A stretch of DNA of 64,000 bases from Azolla caroliniana (lineage: Eukaryota; Plantae; Polypodiophyta). The stretch's first letter is position 1. Each line of letters starts with the position of its first letter. The translations under genes and the position numbers were made by a program. The notes beneath the pieces were generated by a model. The model saw only the letters and a list, made by a program, of their open reading frames with translations, searched no databases and was not told where the DNA came from. Below, piece after piece: positions 1 through 11,350 of this stretch. Where the stretch lies: NCBI GenBank assembly GCA_043228905.1, contig JBHGNT010000003.1:434001-498000 (forward strand), in the 5' to 3' direction.

Positions 1-276
1 AAGCGAGACGGATCGGGCGAAACGGATCGGTATGACGGTGAGCAACCGAACCGGCAAGCAGTGGAGGCCGGGTGCAATCCGTAACCGGCAGTCCAATCGA
101 AAGCCTAGAATAGGATAGACTACTAGGTATCTATAGTCTCGTAGTAAGTGTCAGATGCTCGTGTGAGCATTGAAATACATGGTACTTCTATCAGTCCCAA
201 GAGGACTTGTATAAATAGTACTACTTAGCACAGTGTGCATGGACAGAGTCATTATATTATTTTGAAATTACGTTCT

Positions 277-332
<56 letters not shown>

Positions 333-371
333 GTTCTCTATTTTACGCTTCCGCAAACACTCACGTTTTCA
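1..371 (+). mobile_element. End of a second LTR (truncated by the window edge) inserted into the chromodomain of the Gypsy element
   Basis: Pol similarity stops abruptly after EYEVAAIL at 372. The + strand ends ...cgttttCA at 371, has a TATAAATA box near 210-217 and a (CT)n tract, as expected for U3-R-U5. Confidence 0.65.
278..329. repeat. (CT)n microsatellite
   Basis: Seen directly, about 26 units. Confidence 0.95.
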
Positions 372-3300
372 GGATGGCAGCAACTTCATACTCCCGGTCG
401 GCGTCCAACTCCAGCGGGGGCGGCGGTGGTGTCACACGATCGGGAATGGTGTTTGCTTTATAAGGTTCAAGAAGAGAACAATGGAAAACCGGATGTATCT
501 GAAGCTGCAGAGGGAGATCAAGGCGGAAGGTGACATCATTAATCTTACCCGTAATACGGAAGGGACCGAGTCGTCGATAATCCAGTTTGTCGCACGGTCG
601 AGTAGTCTTGATGTGACGACGTAAGAGCCATACTCGATCTCCGATGGCAAAAGAGGAGGGAATCCGATGACGATCCGCATAAGTCTTCTGTGTGTGTTGA
701 GCATGACGAAGGTGAGTAGAGAGATCCATCTAGATCTTGCGTAGCCTCTCCAAATGATCCTCGGCACGAGGGTTGGTAGGTAGCTCCGGAGTGTCGATCA
801 CCGACCAGCGAGGATGGAAACCGGTATAAGCGAAAAATGGGGAGACCCAAGTCGAGGAGTGAATAGCATTATTATACGCAAACTCCGCAAAGTGGAGAAT
901 CTCGGCCCAATCGTCCTGTTGATAACTCAGCAAACACCGGAGATATTGCTCCAACGTTTGGTTTGTTCGTTCCGCCTGCCCGTCGGTCTGAGGATGGTAG
1001 CCGGAGGAGAGGTTGCAGGAGACCTTGAGCATCTTGAAGAGATGCTGCCAAAATTTGGAGACAAATTGCGGGCCTCGATCACTGATAATACTGTCTGGGA
1101 GGCCATGATGCCGAAATACCTCACGCATAACAAGAGCGGCGGTTTCCTCGCTAGTGATGGCTTTAGTACACGGCACAAAATGTGCCATCTTCGTGTATCG
1201 ATCGACGACGGTTAGGATAGCATCGAACCCCTTCGAGACCGGCAGATCTGTGATAAAATCAAGACAAATAGACTGCCACAGCTTACTTGGAATCGGTAAG
1301 GGTTCCAACAAGTCATATGGATGGTGTCGTGGCATCTTTGCTCGGCAGCAAGCATCACAGGTCCAAACGTAGTCGTCGACAAAACGGCGCATGTGGGGCC
1401 ACCAAAAAGATCGTTGCATTAGCTCCAACGTCTTAGTACTACCGAAATGTCCCGCCGTATGGGTGTCATGACAATGTTGGACGATTTGAAGGCGACAGGA
1501 GCAATCGGGGACATATACGCGCTTTTTAAAGAATAACAAACCATCATGATATTCGAATTGTCGGTAGTCAATACCTGGTTGTTGAGACCGAGAACAGGAT
1601 GCCCGAGAAGTATCAATGTGCGCCAGGATGTCTTGAGCAAAACTATCCGTCTTCAAGGTTGCACATATGTCATCGGTAATCCGTGAATCCATCGGGGTGT
1701 GAAAAATCCGCGTCGTGTGCAATCGTGTTGGTCCCAAGATTACTTGCTTTTGATTATCAAATGTTGCGTCACAAGGACGAGGTGCAAGATATGAACGTCG
1801 TGATAGTGCATCTGCTTTTCCTTGCTGCTTCCCCGGTCGATATGTGATTTTGAAGTCGAAACGCGTGAGGAATTGCGCCCACCGAGCTTGCCATCGATTT
1901 AGTACGCGAGCGTTCTGAAAATAAGCAAGATTTTTATGATCGTTAAAGACAATGACCTGATGTGGAGAGCCCTCTAAGAAATGCTGCCATTGTACAAATG
2001 AATCCACGATGGCTAATAACTCCTTGTCATGTATTTCGTAGTTGATTTCTGCGACATCGAATTTGTGCGAATGGAAAGCCACCGGATGCAACTCTTCTTT
2101 ATCGCCTTGTTGAGAAAGGATGCTACCTAGGGCGAAATCTGATGCGTCGGCCTCCATGATGAATGGTTTGCTTGTATCCACATGAGCTAGAATCGGTGCT
2201 GATGTAAAGGCTTTCTTAAGATGCCGAAAAGCCATATCTGCTTCTATGGACCAAAGAAATGCTTGGCCCTTCTTCGTAAGTTGTGTGAGAGGTAAAATAA
2301 TCTTCGAGTAATCCTGTATAAACTTACGGTAGAAGTTAGCAAAACCTAGAAAACATTGTACATCTCGTACCGACCGTGGAATTTGCCACTCTAGTACAGT
2401 TTGGATTTTAGCTGGATCCATGGCGATGCCCTTTGAGGAGATGACGTAGCCTAGAAATTCCACTTGCTTGCAGTCAAAGTTACATTTTTCTAGCTTGGCA
2501 TAAAGACCATTCTCGCGGAGTCGCTTTAGTACTAATAGTACATGAGAATCGTGCTCTTCCTGGGTCTTCGAATAAATCAATAGATCATCCAGATAAATGA
2601 TCAAACAGATATCCAAGAGGTCTCTGAATATATCATTGCCATGTGTTGGAAGACTGCGGGTGCATTGGTTAGTCCAAACGGCATAACAGTATACTCGAAA
2701 TGCCCATACCGCGTGCGAAAGGCGGTCTTCCACTCATCTCTCGGTCGGATCCGTACGAGGTTATACGCTCCTCGTAGGTCGATTTTAGTAAAAAACTTGG
2801 CACCATTAACTCTCTCTAAAAGACTTGATATAAGAGGAAGTGCATACCTATTCCAGATGGTGACTTTATTCAATCCGCGGTAATCAACGACAAGACGAAG
2901 TGAGCCATCTTTCTTCTTGACAAAGAAGATGGGTGCACCGGCCAGAGATTTCGAATGGCGGATGAACCCGCTTGCCAAGTTCTCCTCTATGTAGGCTCAA
3001 AGGACTTCTAACTCGGTGGGTGACAAGTTGTAAATTGGTCCCCATGGTGGCTCGGTTCTTGGTTGTAAATCGATGGGACAGTCATATGGACGGTGATGAG
3101 GAAGGGTACCGGCTTTTACCTTGTCAAATACATCGGCATAAGGATGATATTTTGCTGGAAGTTGTACTGAGGAGTCCTTCTTAATAGTGTTGGAAGGATG
3201 TACTGATATTGCAAATAGGAACATTGCCTCCTTGGGTCCTTCTTCGCGTAGTTGATGGAGTGAAATGGTCGAAACTTGGTGAGTTGATTCTTGGGGTGGT

Positions 3301-3752
3301 CGATATCGAACTTCTCTTGTTCTCCAATCTATGGTTGGATTATGTAATTCAAACCAAGGTAATCCTAGGACAATGGGATGCTCTGGACTACTAATTATAT
3401 TAAATGATATTACACACACAAAACTACCTAGGACAACCTGAATGGGTTCTGATTCTTCTACAATATTCCCGGAAGCAATGGGACGACCATCAATGACTAC
3501 TACAGATGCGGGACAAGGAAGTTTTCTTAAGGATATCTGAGAAGCTTGGGCAAAATTTTGATCCATGAAACAGGAATTAGCTCCGGAATCTAAAAGTGCT
3601 AGGACGGGTACTAGGGGAGTACTTTTAGTACTAACAATGACTTGGGCTAGGAACACATTGCTAACTTGCTTGGAAGGAATGGAACCACTAATGGGTTGTA
3701 CAGATCTAGGGCTGTTGTCCAACCAAACGGCTCCTATTTTGGCTGGACTCAA
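372..3752 (-). pseudogene. pol: pol polyprotein (protease, RT, RNase H, integrase, truncated chromodomain)
   Basis: ORFs 2997-3752, 2601-2978, 730-2733 and 361-729 join through a TGA at 2997, a frameshift near 2640 and a TAG at 730. Confidence 0.92.
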
Positions 3753-4905
3753 TCGTTTAACTCTTCATCTAATTGACTAAGGATTTCAAATTTATTTGAG
3801 ATACTTGGGCTATTAGTACTATGAATACTATCAAACACTCTATTAGTACTATTAATACTATCAGACACGCCTAAGGGAAGAATTGACTCGGGTTTAGTAC
3901 AGGCTACAATTTGATTTACCTGTCTTCTTGGCCTATGGGGACAATTGATTGCGATATGCCTTGGTCCACCGCAATAAAGACATAATCGATTTGCACGTCG
4001 TCGTTGCTTTTCTTCTTCCGATAACGGGCCGCGTCGACGCATGGTATCGATCTCCATCGGTGTCGAAGTATTTGCTTGAGGTATGTCTCGTGCAAACAGT
4101 CTAGTCGCGACTGCGGCATAAGTGGGCTCCGGCCTAGCGCGTGGTATCTGTAATTGACGTTCCGAACGTCGTTCGAAAAGGCGGTTGTCACATCGGACCG
4201 CTCGACTGATTGCCTCCATAAGAGACTTTGGTTCTTGGGGCAGGTTAGAAGTAGATCTTTGACATCATTTCGCAGGCCATAGCGAAACTGCTCCATTAGT
4301 GCTTGATCATCCCAGGGTATTTCGGAAGCGAGTAGGCGGAAATCCGCCGCGTAGGCAGAGGCTGGACGATCGCCTTGACGCAATCACCGGATCTTGTTGA
4401 TCGCCGTCCTGATGTTGTCGGTGTCTCCAAAGCAGGCTTTGAACTCACTAATAAAATCTTCAAAGTTATTAAGCAAGCGCGATTGTTTTTCTAGAAGCGG
4501 AGCGAACCATGCTAAGGCTGAGCCGCTAAGCAACGTGCCTATTAAGCCGACTCGAGATGCATCAGTGGGGTATCGGGAAGGATGCATTTGGAGGACTAAT
4601 CGTACCTGATTAAGGAATCCCCTGAATTGCGATCGCGTTCCATCAAATTTCACAGGAAGTCCAATCTTCGGCTCTTTATGAAATCCTTGGGGACTTGATC
4701 CTTGTTGTTGCAATGCCGCTTTGAGTTGTTGCACCCGTAACGCTAACTCCCCATGTTGTTGCTGCGTTTGTTGCTTTTCTAGAGCGATTTGTTGCAGATC
4801 CCCTATCAGTCGTTGGTTTTCTTGTTCCAGGGCAACAAACTTTTCTTTTAGGCACTGTAACTCGGAGAAAACGGATTGATATTCTTGGGCGCTAACAGTA
4901 GCCAT
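3749..4905 (-). pseudogene. gag: gag (capsid plus CCHC knuckle)
   Basis: EPKIGLPVKFDG..RGFLNQ capsid motif; in-frame TGA at 4384; frameshift near 4235; knuckle CLYCGGPRHIAINC. Confidence 0.9.
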
Positions 4906-4963
4906 AGTAGAGGAAAAAGGGTAGGAGGATGAGGGAGAACGACAAGTAGGCTGGAGGAAAGGA

Positions 4964-4975
4964 AAATTGGTTCAA
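4964..4975 (-). promoter_or_regulatory. Self-priming PBS (TTGAACCAATTT), complementary to the predicted transcript 5' end at 5185-5174
   Basis: Lies 2 nt inside the LTR junction. Perfect 12-bp complement of AAATTGGTTCAA, which starts 33 nt downstream of the LTR TATAAAA. There is no TGG-starting tRNA PBS. Confidence 0.8.
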
Positions 4976-4977
4976 AC

Positions 4978-5401
4978 TGTCGGGAATAGTACTAAAGCAA
5001 AGATGGAATTAGTACTAAGAAGAACAGTACTATTAGTACTAAGAGGACGGGACTGCGTAAGATTCCCGAGAGAGAGGAAGTGAGAAGAGGAGAGAGAGAG
5101 ATAGGATGATGACAGCAGCTCTTATATTATATGAAAGATAAGTACAAATCGGCTAAGAGGCTTAAGTTTGGTGTTGAACCAATTTGGTTCAAAACAATGC
5201 CTTGTGCCTCCTTTTATAGTGTTTTTAGGAATAATCCTGAAGCTTCTAGAATGTTCCAGAGAGATCTGGAATATACATCAATTTTCTATGATAAAGCATA
5301 AATAAAAATAATATCCTACAAATTACAATTCATAGTCTAATGGTAAGAGCTCGACTCATGTAGCATAAGGTCATGGGTTCGAGTCTTGCCATATCATGAC
5401 A
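4978..5401 (-). repeat. 5' LTR, 424 bp
   Basis: TGTC...GACA termini, TATAAAAGG at 5218-5210, adjacent to the PBS and gag. The partner LTR is not in the window. Confidence 0.8.
5326..5397 (+). other. tRNA-like segment (Pol III A and B boxes) within the LTR U3
   Basis: TAGTCTAATGGTAAGAGC (A-box/D-arm-like) and GGGTTCGAGTC (B-box/T-loop) at tRNA-like spacing. The acceptor and anticodon stems do not pair well. Confidence 0.6.
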
Positions 5402-7392
5402 CCAATCTTCTTTGTGTGCAAAAGTCATCCAAGACATTAAGGTTCCTTTGTTTGTCGTGTTCAATCTTAGAGAGTAAACGTATGTCGTCTAAATAAAGCA
5501 AGAGATTGACTTGTGTACCCCCTAGGACTAACCGTTCTCTTCCTTACGAGAAACAAAATCAGTAATCTCATCAATGTAGATCCTAAAAAGAGTCAATGAT
5601 ACGGGACAACCCTGTTTTACACCAATAGTGCTACTGACGCAATTAGATAAGTCACCTTGACATCATGTCATATGGTATCTCCAAGCTTTTAAGACAATCA
5701 AACAACCGCTCTCAAAGGATTGTGTCAAAGGCATTGCGAAATTCCAAAAACAACAATATAATTTCCTATTGCGAGCCTTGGTCTAGACAATGAAGCATGT
5801 AAGTGTGAAGATATGGTCAATTGTAGAGAGAGAGAGAGAGAGAGAAGTGGCTATTGCATGAGTAGAGAAGACCATAATTGTATTGCAAAGAATGTTGAGT
5901 TCTAAGGAAATTGATTGGGAACGCTCTGTTATAACTCAAGGAGAAAAGAGAAGGGAAGGGTGAGAACATATATGTACAAATATGGGATGGAAAAAGATGG
6001 GAGGTACAACAACATTGATATCCACAAGGATGAAGATAGTGGAAAGAGTGTGGCATGCTAGCAGGCCAACGGAGATTGTAAAACTTGTGGCAAAGGGCAA
6101 ATTTTACGCGTGTTGCCCAAAGAATAAGCCTCGTGCATTTGAGGTTCATTTATTATAATACCCCACCCTTAGCATCACCAAAATGATTTTGAATAAGACG
6201 CTTTATAGCATTTGTCCCAAAAGTATGCCAAGGTGTTCTACAAGTAACTAAGTTAACAATAATTGCCCGATAGCTAGTCATTATATATTTTACGTCAAAT
6301 GTTATAGTATTGTGTACTTTGTAGCAATAGATCAAAAGGTACAAAATGAAAACCATAATGTACTGAATAAGTATTTGTATTTAATTTTCTATGCATTCCT
6401 TTCATGGTATTACATATATATTTAGTGATCTATGTTATTCCTCTCATTCTCATTGAATTAATGAAAACCCAGGGGCCAAGAGGCTTATAAAAGTTACCTA
6501 TCTAAAAGGCAATGGAATGACTCATTCATCAACGTAAAATTTCCATTATTTGTATTCTCTCTATTTGTCCCACCATCAAGGGAGGTGGAGGCCCTCCTGT
6601 ATCTACCCCTCTAGGCTCTAGCTCCTAGCTTGCACGCAATTTTGATACCATTAGTACAAGGCTAGAAAAAGAATTCTTTTATGATGTGCAAAACTATCAT
6701 GGTGGGGGCATTATCATTCAAGTAGAATACAAGCAATAAATAATCAAATTGAAACTATTTAAAATATACACATACGCATATGACTCGATATAATTTGACA
6801 CCCCCACCAAACGGGTATTTTTTTTAGTGTCAATTCCTTCATATGAACTCACATATGATAAATGCATCAACGGTGAGCATCAAGAAGTTCAATCTATAAC
6901 CCTTTTACAATGTTTTCTCTTGAAATATTTTTTAAATAGTCTGTATGTTTTTCAACTTTTCAATGATATAATAGTTGTTTTCCCTATTGAATTTATACTC
7001 TCATAGAGCTCTTTAAAGTCTATGGTATGAGTAATGGTAGTCCAATCCTCAATCTATAAAATACTTGGACAAAAAGAGTTAGGATGATTAGTTATGAGGT
7101 TTCAAGATAAACATCTTAACTCCATGTGCTCCGACTTCTGCGCTGAGATTAGCTCGATAATATGATGGAAGATCTTCTCCCTATTCAAAATATTTTCAAG
7201 AGAGAACAAAGAAAACATAAACTAATTCAATATGTGTTTTGTGTGCATGTGCATATGGGGTGGATGAATAAACTAAAATGACAAATGAGAAATTGTGATC
7301 CAAGGGAAAATGTGGAAGAAATGGCCATAATGTTACATAGTCGTCATTGCAACATCCATCATATTTCATCTTTGAAATCACTCTAGTGATTG

Positions 7393-8462
7393 TTAACTAG
7401 AACATTCCCATGAACAAATGAAATTTTCTTTTCTCTTCAAATGCTAGTAAGTTAGTAACTAACATTTTATGGTAACATAAATCTTTTCCACATTAATCAT
7501 ACCAAGGTAACATTAATAGAATAAAAATGTCTAAGCTTGGAGAGAGGAGACAAAGACCTCCCATAAATCTCGTACTTGCATCATCGTTGAAGAAGGTAAG
7601 CCAATGTCCAGCCATTGCGCAGTTATACGAGCTAGTGAATTTCCACGATTCCATAATGCCACTACCACTCTATTAGTTGATAATGAGCCAGACCACACCT
7701 ATCCATGTACATATATCAAACAAAACCCAAATACACACATTAGCTAGCACATTTTATTTCTAGCTTGGTTGAATTCAGGTATTGGGTACATAAACGTCTT
7801 ACTTCTAGGTTGTCATTTTGACTAACTTTCTTTCCTTGCACTCCCAAAGAATCTATATTGGTAAGAAACAACTTTAAGTATAATGGGATACACATGTGCA
7901 TAACGAAGAAGTTGTGCACCAAGCATATGAACATTGGTGTCATGTGAGGCTCAAAACATGAACTTATAGGAACCAAAATACACAAATAGATAGGAATATG
8001 ACATACGATTGGAGGAACAATGAAGTTGTAAGTGTAGGGCCCTCCTAACCTTGGTTAATGGCAATAACTTCAGGATTGCTCAAGATGGCAAGTGCATCAC
8101 TTCCAATGCTTCTAATATCACACCCAATCAATAGTGGAGCCTATAAATTAATATCCCTTAGCAATTTGTATCTTCATATATTTTATCAATAACAATATTC
8201 ACTCAAACAAGAACAAAATTCAAGTACAACCTTCATGATTGCCCATATGCTAAAATGTGAACGATATTCCTCTGTTGTCATGCCTCCATTGCCTACCTCC
8301 AACATATCTGGGTCTATGCAAAACAACAAAATATATGAAGAAAAGAGGACATAAAATTAAATTTTTAAAAGTTATATATCACATAATGTTTCCATACCAT
8401 TCCATCCACCTGGCCTAGCATAAGAAGCCCATTCATTGTTTAAGTCAGCCCGAGAAGTCATA
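7393..8462 (-). pseudogene. AGAL: GH27 alpha-galactosidase, 3' half only. Exons 8398-8462, 8231-8313, 8050-8140, 7803-7852, 7558-7698, 7393-7443
   Basis: Manual splicing with GT-AG introns gives [78 protein letters not shown]../VWSGSLS..VALWNRG..VRDLWE/HLKRKENF... No 5' exons were found in the window, so pseudogene versus gap-broken gene is unresolved. Confidence 0.85.
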
Positions 8463-9019
8463 CTGATATCCAAAACATACAAAATTATAAACGTCCTTTG
8501 AAGAAAACAATACCTTCAATCCAAATTTGTTGTTACTATAGACACTTTTCCGACTTCAACTAATCAAAGATAAGATAAAAAACCACAATGGATAGGTTTA
8601 CATAAATTGAACCCCTTGCTAATTCAAATATGATTAATGCTTCAGTAAGCATCTAAAGTGACATATCTTAAATTTACAAAGGATTCATAACTACATCTCG
8701 CCTTTTTGCGTTAAAGTTTGTTTGTTATAATCTTTTGGCTTTGGTTTGGTTGTTCTTCTTAGGAGCTCTCTACCATTCACATGGCTCCAATGTTACTCAT
8801 GGTGATCATAGATGGATGCCTATGATGTTAAGAACACGTCAAAAGTTGCCATGAAATGTGGTTATGGTCCATCGATAACTAAGGCTACAATGGGAATCCC
8901 TCCTCCTTAGGGCACAAGTTTTGAATCCTTAAAAGGGCTACAATGGGGATCCATGCCCAAGAAGGGGCAACATGTTTGGTGTTAATATGCAAGTGGACCT
9001 CCATTTCTTTCATCATCAA

Positions 9020-9411
9020 CATAAGCACTTCATTACATTTATATTGTAAACATCCAAGTCATACTAATAAGATGATCATGTTGATTCAAAAATGTAGTTC
9101 ACATTAATGATCATCAAGATTGCATTCATGAGCACATGTAAGTTATGATTGAGGCACAACAAACTTGCATCTTTAGGGATCCACATCAAAGTGCAATGGG
9201 CAAACCTAACATATCTTGGATTATGCTACCACTTGGTTCAATCTTGCCACAAGGTGTAGGCATCCTGAAAAAGAGGCCAACATTCAGAAAAGTGCATCCA
9301 TTCCCTTGTTTTGCGATAGAACTTGTACACAATCTAGAGTAGGGAATTTGCCCTTAGGTTGTTAATGGCACAAACTCACAATATATTAATATCTAGCCTT
9401 GCATAAAGCTC
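9020..9411 (-). pseudogene. Decayed coding exon of unrecognised family (possibly TE-associated)
   Basis: After a TTTAG acceptor there is a ~130-codon frame (ELYARLDINIL*VCAINNL...EWMHFSECWPLFQDAYTLWQD*TKW*HNPRY...) whose stops are all TGA or TAG. Confidence 0.4.
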
Positions 9412-9588
9412 CTAAACAAAAACATTTTTTATTGATTTTTCTTGTGGTGCATAATATCATTGTATGTCTTTAAATATTGACCTTAAGATCCACTTTATGT
9501 TCCTTTTTTTTCTTGTATGCGACAATGGTCGATCAGTATATCTCACATGCTCATTGCATCAATGTCATACATTAATCAAATTATCGTA

Positions 9589-9688
9589 NNNNNNNNNNNN
9601 NNNNNNNNNNNNNNNNNNNNNNNNNNNNNNNNNNNNNNNNNNNNNNNNNNNNNNNNNNNNNNNNNNNNNNNNNNNNNNNNNNNNNNNN
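9589..9688. other. Assembly gap (100 N, true size unknown)
   Basis: Run of N. Confidence 1.
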
Positions 9689-9699
9689 AAACGGTTCGG

Positions 9700-11350
9700 T
9701 TTTGACCCTCTCAAACTGAACCCTTGCCGATAGTTAGCAAGGGCTAGTTAGCGGTACAAATAAAGGTGCAAAAAGGTTATTGCGCCTTCCTGAGACTTGT
9801 TACACATAGCAAATAATGGTTCGATCTGTTTGGGATTATGCTTATAAAGACTGAACCTTTTTTTTAACAAATCATTACCACATACCCCTAAGTTTTGTTA
9901 GCCTCGTAGTTTCCAAAAAACGAGCCTACAAGGGGGGGGTCTTGTTAGCCTTGTAGTCTTTCCCTTACAGCTATTCATGTGAACACCTAGCAAGTGGCAA
10001 TTTTTAGGGGAGTCCTCTTCTAGGAGTATAATTCCAACACCCACCTTCTCTTGGTTTGGTCTTTTTAAAGGTTGGGCAAAGTAGTTCAATGGTAACAAGA
10101 TGGATGATGTTTGCAGCTCGTTGCTAAAATAGTGGCCATTCTTTTCTCATTTGAGATGTCTGAGCTTGCTCTATAGTTGGAATCTGGAATCGTCAAAAAA
10201 TGAATTGTTTCAATGGAATTGACGCTTTAGAGTCGCCGGGGTTTACATGATAATTGGACAAAATAATGCCCGTTATATGTCGAATTTGAATCGTATAACT
10301 TAAGGACATCAAAAAATGAGGGGGTTTAGACTCTGTCAGAATGTTCCTTGATGAAGTTTCATTCTTCTTAGCCACTTGTAAATGTGTTGTGTGAATTGTT
10401 TTAACCTCAAATTCTATGTAACCAAATTGAAATGTGAGAACTCACCCACCCTTCTTGCTTATGTGTTCATATCATTCGTGTACATGAGATGTTATGTTTT
10501 CTAATGGATTAATTTTCGTATTTATCAAAGCATATCTCTATTTAGACACAATCATCATTCCAAAGAAGTATGCAAACTTTTTCTACTATATGTTGCCCTC
10601 GCTTACTTGCATTTGTTTTCTAAACATAGGCACATCCAAATTAAGCCTCTTGTGGACGAATTTGGTAAATACAACAAAGCAATGGTTTTACTCGAGATTC
10701 ATTCTCGTTTTGGTCATAATCTCACATTGGAACTTTTTCTTATGGCTGCTAATCCTTTCATGTGGCTAATTTGGGAGATACAACACAGCAATTGCTTCAC
10801 TCGAGATTCATTCTCATTTTGGTCATGGTCTCACATTGGAACTTTTTTTTATGTCTACCTATCCTTTCGTGTCTATGATACATTTGATTCTACTATAAGT
10901 GCAATATCTACTTGATGTCAGCATATGTTTGCCTCTATCCATGTTGTCTCACCAAAAAAATAAAGTTTGGCAGATTGTTCTTTGTGCCATAGTCTTCCAC
11001 TTGTTTTTTATAGCCTAAAAAGATCATACGTATTGTCTTCTTTCTAGATATTATTCCCTTTATTGATTAGAATATATGCTTAGTTTCTATGGAACTATCC
11101 TAGAATTGGGTATGGTATACTTTTGAAATTTTATATAATAAATGGCATCATAACCTTTTCCTATTGCATCCATTTTCTTCTTGAATATCCAAAAGACACA
11201 ACAGCGTCAATAATTTATCGAATAACAAGATGGATGGCCTGCCCTACACATTTCGCAAAGTGCATGTCAGCCACACTAGATTACATCGCTAAACTAATAT
11301 CAAATGGAGCTAATTCTTTACCTTTAAAAATGAAAACTTAATGCTCATTT
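9700..11350 (-). mobile_element. Highly degenerate retrotransposon (gag-like) relic
   Basis: Fragmentary gag-like and knuckle-like frames (~10230-10300) and an internal ~48-bp direct repeat at 10691 and 10800. Weak evidence. Confidence 0.3.

Larger units (their letters stand above)
372..5401 (-). mobile_element. Ty3/Gypsy chromovirus LTR retrotransposon (Tcn1/Tf1-sushi-like), decayed; 3' end interrupted
   Basis: Order LTR-PBS-gag-PR-RT-RH-INT-chromodomain. Motifs: LLDSGA, YLDD, ADASDFALG, HHCC zinc finger, DFITDLP, GPFRI (GPY/F), EYEV. Confidence 0.95.

Noticed and set aside
5326-5397. Functional tRNA-Met gene (CAT in the loop)
   Set aside because: The acceptor and anticodon stems do not pair; kept only as a tRNA-like module.
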